Source: an uncultured delta proteobacterium (lineage in GTDB: Bacteria; Desulfobacterota; WTBG01). Taken from it: a DNA stretch of 64,000 nt. The DNA lies in NCBI GenBank assembly GCA_963793865.1, contig CAWCBP010000008.1, positions 640,001 to 704,000 on the forward strand, given 5' to 3'. Each line of letters opens with the position of its first letter. The stretch's first letter is position 1. Positions 49,536 to 60,114 of the stretch are shown piece after piece. The notes beneath the pieces were generated by a model. It did not search any database, was not told where the DNA came from, and worked only from the letters and a program-made list of their open reading frames with translations. The translations under genes were made by a program, and so were the position numbers.

Positions 49536-49850
49536 TCATGAACATCCCGGGGATGATGAACTGCATCCCCCGCACCCGCTTTCGAATACCATGCTGCTGG
49601 TTATATGAAACCCCATACCCATAAAATCTATCTTTATGGGCTTTGCCTTTTCCAGCAATTCTTTATCCACCACGTACTTGAATCCACTGATATCATAAAC
49701 CTCATCATTGTCGTTTGGCTCATCCAGAGCCAATGTAAGATTAGGACCCCCTCAGCCACCCTGGTTTAACAATATGCGAATCGCTGAAACGTCCCTGCCC
49801 TTGAGCTGCTCTGCTATCTGTTTTGCAGCGGACTCACTGATCTCAACCAT
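49536..49850 (-). CDS. HesB/IscA-like selenoprotein (104 aa, Sec at codon 33)
   Basis: RBS GGAGG then ATG at 49850: MVEISESAAKQI..IRILLNQGG-U(TGA 49754-49752)-GGPNLTLALDE..CGGC..C. Confidence 0.9.
49715..49733 (-). promoter_or_regulatory. SECIS-like hairpin
   Basis: UUGGCUC-UGGAU-GAGCCAA, starting 18 nt 3' of the UGA. Confidence 0.65.
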
Positions 49851-50096
49851 GTCATCCTCCCTGTATGCTGTTATTTATTATCCTCTTCACCGTAAAAACG
49901 AGGGGTGAAGGAACAAATGTATATCATTTTTTGAGACCTTCAGCAATACCTTGTTGCTCTTTTTTAGTGCAACTACCGGAAAAGAGAGCCGTTGTTTGCA
50001 AGGTGGAATTGGTGACGGGATACATGATACACGATGCAGGATCCAGGATAGGATGTTTATCCCTCTATCCTGCGTCCTGTCCCCTGTCCCCTGACG

Positions 50097-51386
50097 TTAG
50101 TAGGTTTTTTCATCAAGAAAAGCAGTGGGTACGGATCTTTTATCAATGATCTCTTTGTATGCCTCAACTGCTCCCGTGGCGATCCGCTCCAGGGAAGGAT
50201 CAGAGAGGCAGTCCACGGTATAGAGACCGAAGCGGGGATCAAAGGATCCCCATTCATAATTGTCGGTGAGGGACCAGTACGAATAACCGATGACATTTAC
50301 CCCCTCGCTATAGGCCCGCTGCACATTGTAGAGCATGTGGGCCAGATGCTTTTCCCTGGTCCATCCGTCTGACCGCGGGGCGCCGTTGTCCGTGGCCATG
50401 CCGTTTTCCATAATAAATATGGGCAGCCATGGGTAGGCGGCGCTGTATTTTTTGAGCGCACCATAGAGTCCCCCGGGATGGATGGGTGCGTCCCATAGAG
50501 GAGACAGGGCTTCCCGCAGGGTGCTGTACCGGTAATAATAATCCAGTGCTATGTAATCGCATTTGTCCGCCGCGGACTTAAGGAGCCGGTTCTGCTCAAG
50601 GAAGCAGTTGCCGACAACTCCGCATAAGGGCCAACCAAACTGGAACTCGAAAAAGGTAAAGGAAACCTTTGCCTGGGGATCTGCCTGGTGAATGTAATCG
50701 TACAGGTCCCGATGTGTGTCCATCATTACCCGATTGACCCGGGCGGCGCTTAGAACGTTCCGCATGCCCGGGGGCCAGGTACCAAGAATGAAGCCGCACA
50801 GCACATAAATGTTGGGCTCGTTAAAGGTTATCCAGTATTTTACCTTCTCCTTGTAGCGATTTACCACAAACAACGCGTGATTTATAAAAAATCCGGCATT
50901 GTCGGGGTTCATAAATCCGCCGGCTGCCTCGAACCACTGGGGATGGGAAAAATGATGAAGCGTCACCACGGGTGTCATTCCCCCGGCCGCGATTGAATCA
51001 ATGAGGTCGTCGTAGAAGGCAATGGCGGAGGAATCATAGCTTCCCTGTTCAGGTTCGATTCTGGACCACTCGATGCCGATCCTGAAGGTATTAACATTCA
51101 TTTCATTTGCCAGCGTGATGTCTTCCCGGTACCGATGAAGGAAATCCGCTGACACCCCGGGCTGGTCCTGCGTATGTCCCGTCGCTGCCCATTCGGTCCA
51201 CTGGCTGGCGGGATTGTTTCCCTCGGACTGGAACCCGGAGGAGGACACGCCCCACATGAAGTTTTCAGGAAAGGGCGGCACAGCACATTCCACAGCGTTT
51301 CCCTGTGGCGGGAATGTGATCATCAACGCTATGAGGGAAATTATGATGCTGAACAACCTGGTTTTTAATGAAGATCGTGTTTTCAC
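50097..51386 (-). CDS. Glycoside hydrolase family 1 with an N-terminal signal peptide
   Basis: FMWGVSSSGFQSEG, EWSRIEP, TLHHF, TFNEP, MENG, WSLTDNYEW; likely GTG start at 51386. Confidence 0.92.
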   Translation of the reverse strand: MKTRSSLKTRLFSIIISLIALMITFPPQGNAVECAVPPFPENFMWGVSSSGFQSEGNNPASQWTEWAATGHTQDQPGVSADFLHRYREDITLANEMNVNTFRIGIEWSRIEPEQGSYDSSAIAFYDDLIDSIAAGGMTPVVTLHHFSHPQWFEAAGGFMNPDNAGFFINHALFVVNRYKEKVKYWITFNEPNIYVLCGFILGTWPPGMRNVLSAARVNRVMMDTHRDLYDYIHQADPQAKVSFTFFEFQFGWPLCGVVGNCFLEQNRLLKSAADKCDYIALDYYYRYSTLREALSPLWDAPIHPGGLYGALKKYSAAYPWLPIFIMENGMATDNGAPRSDGWTREKHLAHMLYNVQRAYSEGVNVIGYSYWSLTDNYEWGSFDPRFGLYTVDCLSDPSLERIATGAVEAYKEIIDKRSVPTAFLDEKTY

Positions 51387-51439
51387 ATTCGCATCCTGCT
51401 GCACGTTAATAAGAAATTTTGGGCCGTGTGTTGACAGGA

Positions 51440-51676
51440 GCAGTCCACGGTCAACGGTCGATAGTCTGGATACCATTACTCCAATACTCCATCACTCCAG
51501 TACCACAGCTTTTAAACACGAAGCTCACGAGAAAAGTGCACGAAGGAAACGATGGCGAGGAGCCGTCTGCGGTCCATAATCCAGGTCGACAGTCCATAGT
51601 CGACGGTGCGTGAGCAACCCTGCAAACCGTGAACTGTCAACTGCTCCTCTGTTCTGCACCCTGCACCCTGACCCCT
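51440..51676. repeat. Composite short-period repeat element
   Basis: GTCNAYR, TACTCCA, CACGAAG and CCCTGCA modules. Confidence 0.7.
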
Positions 51677-52543
51677 CTACTTTATTGCCAGCGTAAATGT
51701 GGTTACGCCGGAATTGATGGCCTCGGTTATTTCCCTGTCGCAGGTATGAATGAAGGAAAAATGTTTCTTCAAATGCTGCATGGCCTCCCCGAGGGTGAGG
51801 AACTTCGTCCCGATCCTCTCGTAGAGAAAGTCAAACGCCATTTTTCTGCCGGTGATACTTAAATCATCCTGCATAACAAGAATGTCCGCCAGCGGGGAGA
51901 TCATGTCGATCGCCTCATGTCCTGCATAGGGCAGGCAGAACCGTTCGAACACAAGAACCGGCTTTACCAGGCCGTCAACCAGCTCCCCGGGCGGCTTCTC
52001 ATTTATATTCCAGATAAAGGCATTAATGGCAAGGGATGGAAATGATTTTTTCAGATTTTCACGGACCTGCAGAATGCCGGGAGCCCTGTCGGATATGATA
52101 AGCGGAACAGTAATGTTCCTGTGCATCATCGCTTCGCATATGCTTTTGCTGACCTGGCCGGGTCCGGCTCCAACTTCCACCAGCGTGCCTACCCTGACGG
52201 TTGAAATAATAGCGGAGACGGTTGCCACCATGACATTGGTGAATATCCGGTACAGGGGACTGGCCGCCTTGTCCTTGAAGATTTCCTGTATCCGGGGATC
52301 CGCCCAGTCCCACTCCGACTCCCTGGTTACCTTGGCAATCAGTCGCATCATCTGCAGAAGGGGAAGGTACACCGGCGGTATCTCATCATCGCGCACATCC
52401 CCGCCTTCCAAAAGTATTCCGGCGGCACGTTCCAACGGCTGCCAATTGCCCAGAACGCCGGTCATGTCCTGATAGTACTGCTGCATCGGTTCCCGGATCG
52501 CTTTGAGAATAACATCCTTGTTAATCATAATCTCCTCGTTCAC
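51677..52543 (-). CDS. Hypothetical protein, possible class I SAM-methyltransferase fold
   Basis: LVEVGAGPG motif I followed by IISD. Confidence 0.5.
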   Translation of the reverse strand: MNEEIMINKDVILKAIREPMQQYYQDMTGVLGNWQPLERAAGILLEGGDVRDDEIPPVYLPLLQMMRLIAKVTRESEWDWADPRIQEIFKDKAASPLYRIFTNVMVATVSAIISTVRVGTLVEVGAGPGQVSKSICEAMMHRNITVPLIISDRAPGILQVRENLKKSFPSLAINAFIWNINEKPPGELVDGLVKPVLVFERFCLPYAGHEAIDMISPLADILVMQDDLSITGRKMAFDFLYERIGTKFLTLGEAMQHLKKHFSFIHTCDREITEAINSGVTTFTLAIK

Positions 52544-52783
52544 GCCAGATCCATGTTGAGCCGGAGATGTGACAAGCGCTGCAAGACATCATCAGCCGGC
52601 TGGTAAGCATTGTTGAGATTTGATGTTAACAGAGTTTTGTTTTTTCTACACCTGATTTTATTATATGGCAGATAATTTGAATAATATTTCAACAATGAGC
52701 GCCGGCTGTGGTATAGTGGGCAAAAGCCTGCCACTGTAATATTTTCATTATCTGGAATAGGAAAAAGTGAGGGAGGAAGCAGT

Positions 52784-53215
52784 ATGCGTATGGATGAAAT
52801 GATTACCAGGATGCGGCATATCGGCTATATCGTGAAGGACATGGACCGGTCGGTCAACACCTTTAAAAAGCTTTTCGATCTCAAGGATGAGGACATCCGG
52901 ATGCTGACCGCGGATGATACCGGAGGCGCGGGCGCGTTTGCATTCATACCGGTCGGCGGAACCGAGCTGGAATTGATTCAGCCCGTTTCAGATTACTTCA
53001 AGGAAATGACCGGCGATCCCCCCGAGGGGATCAATCACATCGCATTCCAGGTGAAGGATGTTGAACAGGCAGTCAGGATCATGGAGGAGAAAGGTGTTCA
53101 TCTGGGTTATATCACCAGGGACGGCATTTTTGATACGGGGAAGACAAAAATTGCCTACCTGGATCCCAAAGACACCGACGGCATCCTTATAGAGCTGGTT
53201 GAATCACAGGATTAA
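52784..53215 (+). CDS. VOC family protein (methylmalonyl-CoA epimerase-like)
   Basis: HIG..V.D, LELIQP, GINHIAF.V.D, GILIELVE. Confidence 0.88.
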   Translation: MRMDEMITRMRHIGYIVKDMDRSVNTFKKLFDLKDEDIRMLTADDTGGAGAFAFIPVGGTELELIQPVSDYFKEMTGDPPEGINHIAFQVKDVEQAVRIMEEKGVHLGYITRDGIFDTGKTKIAYLDPKDTDGILIELVESQD

Positions 53216-53280
53216 GGTCGGGACGCGGTTAAGGGTTATTGCGACCGGACGTTTCACGTACCGGTCAGGAGGGTATGAAT

Positions 53281-53970
53281 ATGGCTGAGGGAGGAAAAAC
53301 AGTTTTAGTGGCGGGGGCAACCGGCCGGGCAGGCAGGTGCATTGTCAGGGAACTGCTGAATCGCGGCTATTCGGTGCGGGCGCTTATCGTTCCGCCATTT
53401 GATCCCCCTGATCCCCCGGGGCTGCGTTCCCAGGGCGTCGAGCTTGTGGCAGGCGATCTCACATCGGTCCCGTCGCTTGAAAAGGCGATGGAGGGAGTTA
53501 GCTTTCTCATAAGTGCCATCGGCAGCAGAAAGCCGTTCAGCAAATCAGAGAATGACAGGATTGACAACATGGGCAATCAGAATCTTGCCCGCGCTGCCAG
53601 GGCAAAGGGGCTTGCGAAGATTGTCGTCATATCCTCCGTGGGCGCCGGCAACAGCCGGAACGCGCTCTCCTTCATGTACAAGCTGATGATGTCGCCGATC
53701 CTGCGGGCGAAGGAAAAATCCGAGGCCTTTATCCAGTCATTCGGCATGACCTACACCATCATCAGGCCTGGCGGTTATGGAGACAAGGAGGTTTCCGGGC
53801 AGATTGCCTTTGGCGAGGGCGGGAAGATTACCGGCCGCATAACCCGTGAACAGATTGCCAGGGTGTGTGCTGATGCATTGGCCAACCAGGCCATGAACAA
53901 CCGCACCTTTGAAGTGGTTGACGCGGCAACGGTTGCCCCGGAACGGCGGCAGTTCATTATCAAGGTTTAG
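53281..53970 (+). CDS. Atypical SDR / NAD(P)H-binding protein
   Basis: LVAGATGRAG, GDL, ISSVG, YTIIRPGG; RBS AGGAGG 7 nt before ATG 53281. Confidence 0.88.
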   Translation: MAEGGKTVLVAGATGRAGRCIVRELLNRGYSVRALIVPPFDPPDPPGLRSQGVELVAGDLTSVPSLEKAMEGVSFLISAIGSRKPFSKSENDRIDNMGNQNLARAARAKGLAKIVVISSVGAGNSRNALSFMYKLMMSPILRAKEKSEAFIQSFGMTYTIIRPGGYGDKEVSGQIAFGEGGKITGRITREQIARVCADALANQAMNNRTFEVVDAATVAPERRQFIIKV

Positions 53971-54205
53971 AAGAGGAGATAGTCCAAGGTCCACAGTCCA
54001 TAGTCGATGGTCCACCGCTGAACAAGATGCCTGTACACAGCTCACTGCCCCATGAGTCAGAATCAAGCATCAAGGAACCATTACTCCGTTAATCCAGTAC
54101 TCCAACCTTCGTGCTGCGCAGGCTCGATACTGCAAAACTGCTTCCCATTCTCATCCGCCCCATGTATGATGTCATCATCACAGCTGTCGTCAAAGGAGGT
54201 CCGGC

Positions 54206-55758
54206 ATGGTTGATATAATGCTCTATGTTGCTGCAGGGTTGCTGATAGTTATCGTGGTGCTTCTGCTGGTGCTGCTTAAGAAGGTGACGCGGTGGGATCC
54301 GGCGGCGCTGTTCTCCCGCCTTGATGCCGTCGACAAGGCGCAGGAGCGAACCGAGGACACCGTGAGGGATGAGGTGGCGCGGAGCGGGAGGAGTCGGGCA
54401 AGACCGCCCGGGAGCAGCGGCAGGAACTTACCGAATCCTTCACGACCTTCGGCGATGCCGTGGTGCAGCGAATGATGGACGCGGCCGTCATGCAAAAGGG
54501 GCAGCTCGATGCCTTTTCCGAACAGCTGGCCACCTTCGCCAAGGCGAGCGGCGAGCGGCTGGACGCGGTCCGTGCCGAGTCCGCCACCGGATCCAAGCAA
54601 TTGCGGGAAGAGGTGATAGCTTCGCTCAAGGGCATATCGGAGACCATTACCAAAACCATGGCTGAAATAGCCAACCTGCAGAAAAACCAGCTTGAAACCA
54701 TGTCGGCCGCAATTGGGAAGCTGTCGGAATCAAATGAGAAGAAGCTGGAGGCGGTGCGGGAGACCGTGGAGGAAAAGCTCCAGAGCATGCAGAGCGACAA
54801 CGCCAGGCAGCTTGAGCAGATGCGGCAGACCGTGGATGAGAAGCTCCAGGGGACGCTGGAGAAGCGGCTGGGCGAATCCTTCAAGCAGGTGAGCGAACGT
54901 CTGGAGCTGGTGCACAAAGGGCTGGGGGAGATGCAGACGCTGGCCACCGGCGTCGGGCGACCTGAAGAAGGTGCTCACCAACGTCAAGACGCGGGGACGT
55001 GGGGCGAAGTGCAGCTCGGCGCCATGCTGGAGCAGGTCCTCAATCCCGACCAGTTTGCCACCAATGTGGCCACGAAGGACGGCGGGGAGCGCGTCGAATA
55101 TGCCATCAAGCTGCCGGGGCAGGGTGATGACAAGGATGAGGTGGTCTGGCTGCCCATCGACGCCAAGTTTCCGGTTGAGGATTATCAGCGCCTGATTGAG
55201 GCCCAGGAGCGGGCTGATGTCGAAGGGGTTGAGCGGCGGGCAAACAACTTGAGAACCGCGTCAGGGTCTGCGCGGGGGACATCTGCAGCAAGTACCTGAA
55301 CCCGCCCAAGACCACCGACTTCGGCATACTCTTCCTGCCCATCGAGGGCCTCTTTGCCGAGGTCATCCGCCGGACCGGCCTGACCGAGGTTATTCAGCGG
55401 GAGTGCCGGGTGGTGATCGCCGGCCCGACCACCCTGTGGTCCATTTTGAACAGCCTGCAGATGGGCTTCCGCACCCTTGCCATCCAGAAGCGCTCAAGCG
55501 AGGTCTGGAATCTGCTCGCGGCGGTCAAGACCGAGTGGACCAAGTACGGGGACGTGCTGGATGCGGTGCAGAAGAAACTGCATCAGGCATCGGAAACCAT
55601 CGAGAAGGCACGGAGGCGGTCACGGGCGGTCGGGAAGAAAGCTCAAGGACGTGCAGGAGTTGCCTGCCGGGGAGGCCAGTGCGCTGCTGAGTCCGGGAAT
55701 CTTCGAAGATGATGGCGAGACAGGAGATGTGGAAGGGGAAAGTATGCAGGATGCATGA
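54206..55758 (+). pseudogene. rmuC: RmuC DNA recombination protein with about 5 apparent indels (sequencing error or decay)
   Basis: TVDEKLQGTLEKRLGESF, GTWGEVQL, LPIDAKFP, PKTTDF..LFLP.EG and SLQMGFRTLAIQKRSSEVW, spread over several frames. Confidence 0.85.
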
Positions 55759-56065
55759 TGAGGAGGGATGATGACCCTGCACCCTGTTCCCTGAACCCTC
55801 ATTTTAACCACGAAGATCACGAAGAAAAGAATGGGGTCAGTGCTCAACCTTCAGGATTCACGTCCCAAAGAGGGATACATTTCATTTGTTGAAGGTTGAG
55901 ACTTGACCCCACATGCAGTAGGGGCGACCGGCCGGTCGCCCCTACGTTTTATAAACGGGTGCAACGGAGTGCGTCCCTCCAGCGAGAGGATTAAGCATCC
56001 AAAGATCCAGTATCCAGGGACCAGCCCCTCGCATCCATCACTCCACTACTCCAGCACTCCATTTT
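55740..56065. repeat. Composite repeat block including a GGGGTCA..TGACCCC element and a GTAG REP (55918-55945)
   Basis: GATGCA, CCCTG, CACGAAG and TACTCCA modules; ggggtca..ctcaaccttca / tgaaggttgag..tgacccc; gcaacggagtgcgtccctcc. Confidence 0.75.
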
Positions 56066-56081
56066 CTCCGCCTCCTCTGCC

Positions 56082-57280
56082 TCACGCCTGCAGCGCGCCC
56101 AGCTCCTTCATCCTTTCCCTGATGTCGATTCCATTCGGGCAGAGGGCCGAGCAGGATCGCATGAGCTGCAGGGATCGGCCGGGGCAGACGAGGCTATTTC
56201 CCGCAAAAGTCCCAGGGCGAGACCGGTATCCCTGTATCCGGTGAGGTACATGTACGACCGCATATACTCGGGAATGTCCAGGCGGCGGAGACAGCTTCCC
56301 ACGCACTGCCCGCATCCCTGGCAGTAGGTGCCGTTGAGATGGGCTGAATAGCGGCTGAGCTGCTTGAGGTCTTTTGGTGATAGCGCGAATTGCTTCATGA
56401 CCGCGAAGTTTTCATCGAGCTGTTTGAAATTGGTGGTGCCGGGAATGGCGCAGGCGACGTTGGGGTCATTGAGCGCCCATTTCAGGCAGGCCTGGAAGGG
56501 GCTGATGCCGAGCGATGACACGTCGTATCCCCCGACCTGGGTTTTCATGGCCACGATGCCGATCCCTTTCTGCGCCGCGGAAGCGATGGCCTGCCGTATG
56601 GCCTCACGGTTGTCTTTTTTGAAATTGTAGGCGGTGAGAATCACATCATAAAAATCCCGCTTGAGCGCTTCCCGGATGACTTCCTCCTCCCGCTGATGGG
56701 TGGAAATGCCGGCGAATCGCACCTTTCCTTCCTTTTTCAGCTGCGTTAGCGCCTCAAGCACCGGCTCATGAAACACCATCTCCGGGGAAATGATATTGTG
56801 TACATAGACTACATCAGCATACGCCATCTGCAGACGCTTCAATCCTTCTTCGTATTGCCGGATGAAAGCCTCTTTGGTTGCATCGGCGGTGAACCGGGCG
56901 GACGATTTGTCCCGTGGCAGCGCCACCTTGGTGGCAACAATCAGCTTCTTCCGGTCAATCGCCTTCTTGATCACCTCGCCCAGCATCCTTTCATTGTTGC
57001 CCGACTGGTAGACATTGGCCGTGTCGAAATGGTTGATCCCCATGCGTATCGCTTTGGCAACTACGCCGGCGTTATCGGTCGTCATGACACCAAAGCTGAC
57101 CATGGAAACCTTGAGGCCGGTGCGACCCAGGGTCCGGTAGGATACGCCGCCGTCCTCCTTCAGCAATGAGAACCATGGCGACTGCGCCAGGAAGGGGGAA
57201 ACCCCGCTGATGGCCAGACCCTGAGCTGATGTTTTTAGAAATTCCCTGCGGGTAAAAAACGATTTATTTTTTTTCATCAT
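56082..57280 (-). CDS. Tat-signal aldo/keto reductase with a C-terminal Fe-S region, frameshift near 56155
   Basis: TRREFLK, YRTLGRTG, FDTANVY, ATK, AMK, CQGCGQC...C; the tail CSALCPNGIDIRER is in another frame. Confidence 0.85.
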
Positions 57281-58220
57281 TTCCTCCGTGCATGCTTTTT
57301 AGAATGGCTGCCGCCCCGTCGGGATTGCCCAGAACGCCGGCTAATCTTCCCTCTATTACCGCCACCGCGCAGTTGCCATAGTATGGATCCCGGCCGGTAA
57401 TGCCCTGCATGCCGTCCTGCAGCTCGCCCAGGTATGCCTGTTCCTGCATGAGGTATGCTTTGTATTTCTTGAGGCTCTCAATCGTTTCCCTGTCCGGCGC
57501 AGCGGAAAGAAAAACCGTGTAGGTTTTATTGCCCTGTGAATAGTGGGCGGAGGCAATGCGATTGAAAAAGGGCTGACCCAGGAAATCCTTGTTGGTGTAG
57601 TTTTCGCTTCCAACGCGGCGATGTTGCAGCGGGAGGAGATCGAAGCAAGCCGGCCTGGAAAAATCGCCCTTGATCCGTGCCTCGATGGTTTTGCCGATGT
57701 GCTCCGCAACAGCCGGAAAGGCTTTTGAAGTCGGGGGAAGAAAAATATTTATATAAAACCTGTCCTTGTAAAACTGGAGCATTCCATTTCCCAGGCGTCC
57801 TTCTGCGCCGCCGGGCAATGTGTAAGGATCCCCTCCCTGCTCAGCCCTTGACACCCCATAGGCATTCTCGATCGTCCCCATGTTGTAGACCTCCAGGGTG
57901 GCCCGGTGAGCGGGATTGCCGTCCTCGACAAACACCGCCACCATGAGTTCTGCAAATCCGTAGGCGAGAAAAAGCTCCGCCCCGCCGTTGATGTAATCAA
58001 AGAGCGTGTCGGGGGAATAATGCGCCGGCTCCTCTGCTCTTTTAAAACTGCCGAATTGGTCGTCCGGTTTGATCAGGTCTGCAAGCTCCCGGCTCGGGCT
58101 TTTGCCGCTGCCGGAGGAGGAAGCGGTTTGACCGGCGGCAGGGATTATGAAGAGAAAGAAACTAATCACCATTGTCAGAAGTGCTGTCAGCAATGCTTTC
58201 GTGCCGGTTGTGACGGTCAT
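57264..58220 (-). CDS. DUF6599-like exported protein
   Basis: LFDYINGGAE.F..YGF, EVYNM....AYG, F.K.RFY; likely start MTVTT at 58220. Confidence 0.7.
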   Translation of the reverse strand: MTVTTGTKALLTALLTMVISFFLFIIPAAGQTASSSGSGKSPSRELADLIKPDDQFGSFKRAEEPAHYSPDTLFDYINGGAELFLAYGFAELMVAVFVEDGNPAHRATLEVYNMGTIENAYGVSRAEQGGDPYTLPGGAEGRLGNGMLQFYKDRFYINIFLPPTSKAFPAVAEHIGKTIEARIKGDFSRPACFDLLPLQHRRVGSENYTNKDFLGQPFFNRIASAHYSQGNKTYTVFLSAAPDRETIESLKKYKAYLMQEQAYLGELQDGMQGITGRDPYYGNCAVAVIEGRLAGVLGNPDGAAAILKSMHGGNDEKK

Positions 58221-58375
58221 TGCATTTTTCTCTTGATTATGATCTGCTCGCGATTGATCCTGAAAGGAACGAATTGATTTAATGCTAACATATTTTGAGG
58301 AAGGAGGGCAACCGGCGATTTCAGATTTCGGGATATGGATTGCGGAGGCACGGAAAAGTGGAGAGAGAGAAAAAT

Positions 58376-58745
58376 GATCCAGGATGCAAGATGCAAGAGG
58401 AAGCCTCGTACCCTGTTCCCTGAACCCTAAGCCCGGGTTTTGAAACACGAAGATCACGACGGGAAAGGCACGAAGAACACGAAGAAAAACAGAGAACAGA
58501 CGTAGGGGTGACCAGCCGGTAGCCAATATGTCTTCAAAACGCATCCTTTTCTTATCGCACATCTCACTTCTAATTCCACTTAGTCAACAACGTCCCCAAC
58601 TCCTGCCGAGGCCGAGAAGTAGAAGCGGATGCAACGGAGTGCGTCCCTCCGCATGCGATGTCGAGCAGCTATTATTATGCACCCAGTACTCCATCACTCC
58701 GGTACTCCAATTTCCATCTCTACTGCTCCATCTCTCCATTACAAC
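58376..58745. repeat. Composite short-period repeat block
   Basis: GATGCA, CCCTG, CACGAAG and TACTCCA modules, a degenerate GTAG REP (58502), and gcaacggagtgcgtccctcc (58631). Confidence 0.7.
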
Positions 58746-58966
58746 GCCTTGTTCAATCTCCCGTATCCCCCTCTTCATTTTACCTATTGCAATACTTAGA
58801 TGTTTGAATTATATTATTATCAAACATTTCGTAATCACATTTCTGTAATAACACTTGAGGGGCAGGATGTAATCGAAGGGGGGTGATTGCTGAGCGGGGA
58901 GCGTGTAGGGGGTAACGTGTGATGTAAACACCAGCAGCAAACGCTTGCAATCAGGGAGGCAGGATA

Positions 58967-60061
58967 ATGAAAGAGAAAATTAGAAATGTGTTTTCAGGCA
59001 ATAATCTCTCTGCCAGAAGAACCTTTCTCAAGCTGGCAGGCTTAACCTCACTCGTCACCGTTCTTCCCACCTTTAAAACAAAGGCGGCCCATGCGCGATA
59101 TGTAGGCAACCGCAACTGGTGGTACAAGCGTAATGTGTTCTCAACATCTGAGAACGCAAACAAAGAAGCGGAGTATTGCGTGCAGCATAATTTAAACACT
59201 GATTCCGCTGCGCAGGGCATTCTGTGGTCAAACATCGACAACCGGTGGAGGAAATATCCAATTCGCCAGCTATCTGATGATTTTATGAATTGGGGGTGTT
59301 CGGAAAGGTATTTTTACTACGAGGAAAGGCTTAACTATGGGGACGAGGGGCCGCCCACGATCATGAAAAATGGGGGCATTCACCACGGCATGGTTGCTTC
59401 CTACGGGAATTGGAGAGGCCGGGGCGACAGCGCCTTTAATATCAATATTGCGGTAAAAGGAACGGCCCTGTGCCCGTCGCGTGAAACGATACAGGAGCTC
59501 CTTCCGGTGTTGGAGCAGCTGAAGATTGACGATCCGCCCGACCGAATCACCCAGTATTACGAGATCATGCGGGGCATTTACAGCGATATCAACAATTTTG
59601 ACAAGTCAAAATTGGTAACCCTCGAACTCTATACGCAGCCGACCAGCGGTCCCCTCTTTGACGCCGGCTATCATGAAACCCATACCTTTGCCAATATGAT
59701 GGCAAACCCCATTTGCAGCATCGGTTTTCTGCAGCAGGAGCATCCACAGAAGAATTATTTTGATCCGAATGGGTCGGGCGGCTACAACGACTTCGAGTAT
59801 GGCATTCACTATGAGGTCCGGACCATTCCCAAGGTGCTGCATTGCTGGGCGCCTACAATGGGCGACGAATACGATGTTTTCAAGTATCAGGAGGCTGAGG
59901 ATCCCGATGCCATTTTTGGCTATTGGGTGAACTTTCTGCACACCTTCTATCACGGCGGCAGGGCCAATATTACTGCCGTTGTACACAACGTGATAGAACA
60001 ATTCTTCAACTACCCCAACCGTGGCATACGCGTGGTTCCTTCCCGGGATAAAAAGCACTGA
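58967..60061 (+). CDS. Tat-exported hypothetical protein, possible PNPOx-like split-barrel flavoprotein
   Basis: ARRTFLK ... AHA cleavage site; THTFANMMANPICSI resembles the PNPOx K..NL..NP.V.L motif. Confidence 0.6.
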   Translation: MKEKIRNVFSGNNLSARRTFLKLAGLTSLVTVLPTFKTKAAHARYVGNRNWWYKRNVFSTSENANKEAEYCVQHNLNTDSAAQGILWSNIDNRWRKYPIRQLSDDFMNWGCSERYFYYEERLNYGDEGPPTIMKNGGIHHGMVASYGNWRGRGDSAFNINIAVKGTALCPSRETIQELLPVLEQLKIDDPPDRITQYYEIMRGIYSDINNFDKSKLVTLELYTQPTSGPLFDAGYHETHTFANMMANPICSIGFLQQEHPQKNYFDPNGSGGYNDFEYGIHYEVRTIPKVLHCWAPTMGDEYDVFKYQEAEDPDAIFGYWVNFLHTFYHGGRANITAVVHNVIEQFFNYPNRGIRVVPSRDKKH

Positions 60062-60077
60062 GAGACAAGCAGAATTA

Positions 60078-60114
60078 CAAGGGGCAGAACATTGATTGTT
60101 CTGCCCCTTGCTTT
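60078..60114 (+). terminator. Intrinsic terminator
   Basis: CAAGGGGCAGAAC..GTTCTGCCCCTTG followed by CTTT. Confidence 0.65.

Noticed and set aside
7779..55945. 28-bp palindrome as a CRISPR repeat
   Set aside because: Copies are kilobases apart, not regularly spaced, and there are no cas genes. They behave as REPs.
58221..58562. N-terminal extension of the DUF6599-like ORF (likewise 51387-51476 of GH1 and 4843-4959 of RNB)
   Set aside because: These run through intergenic or repeat DNA; better starts lie downstream.
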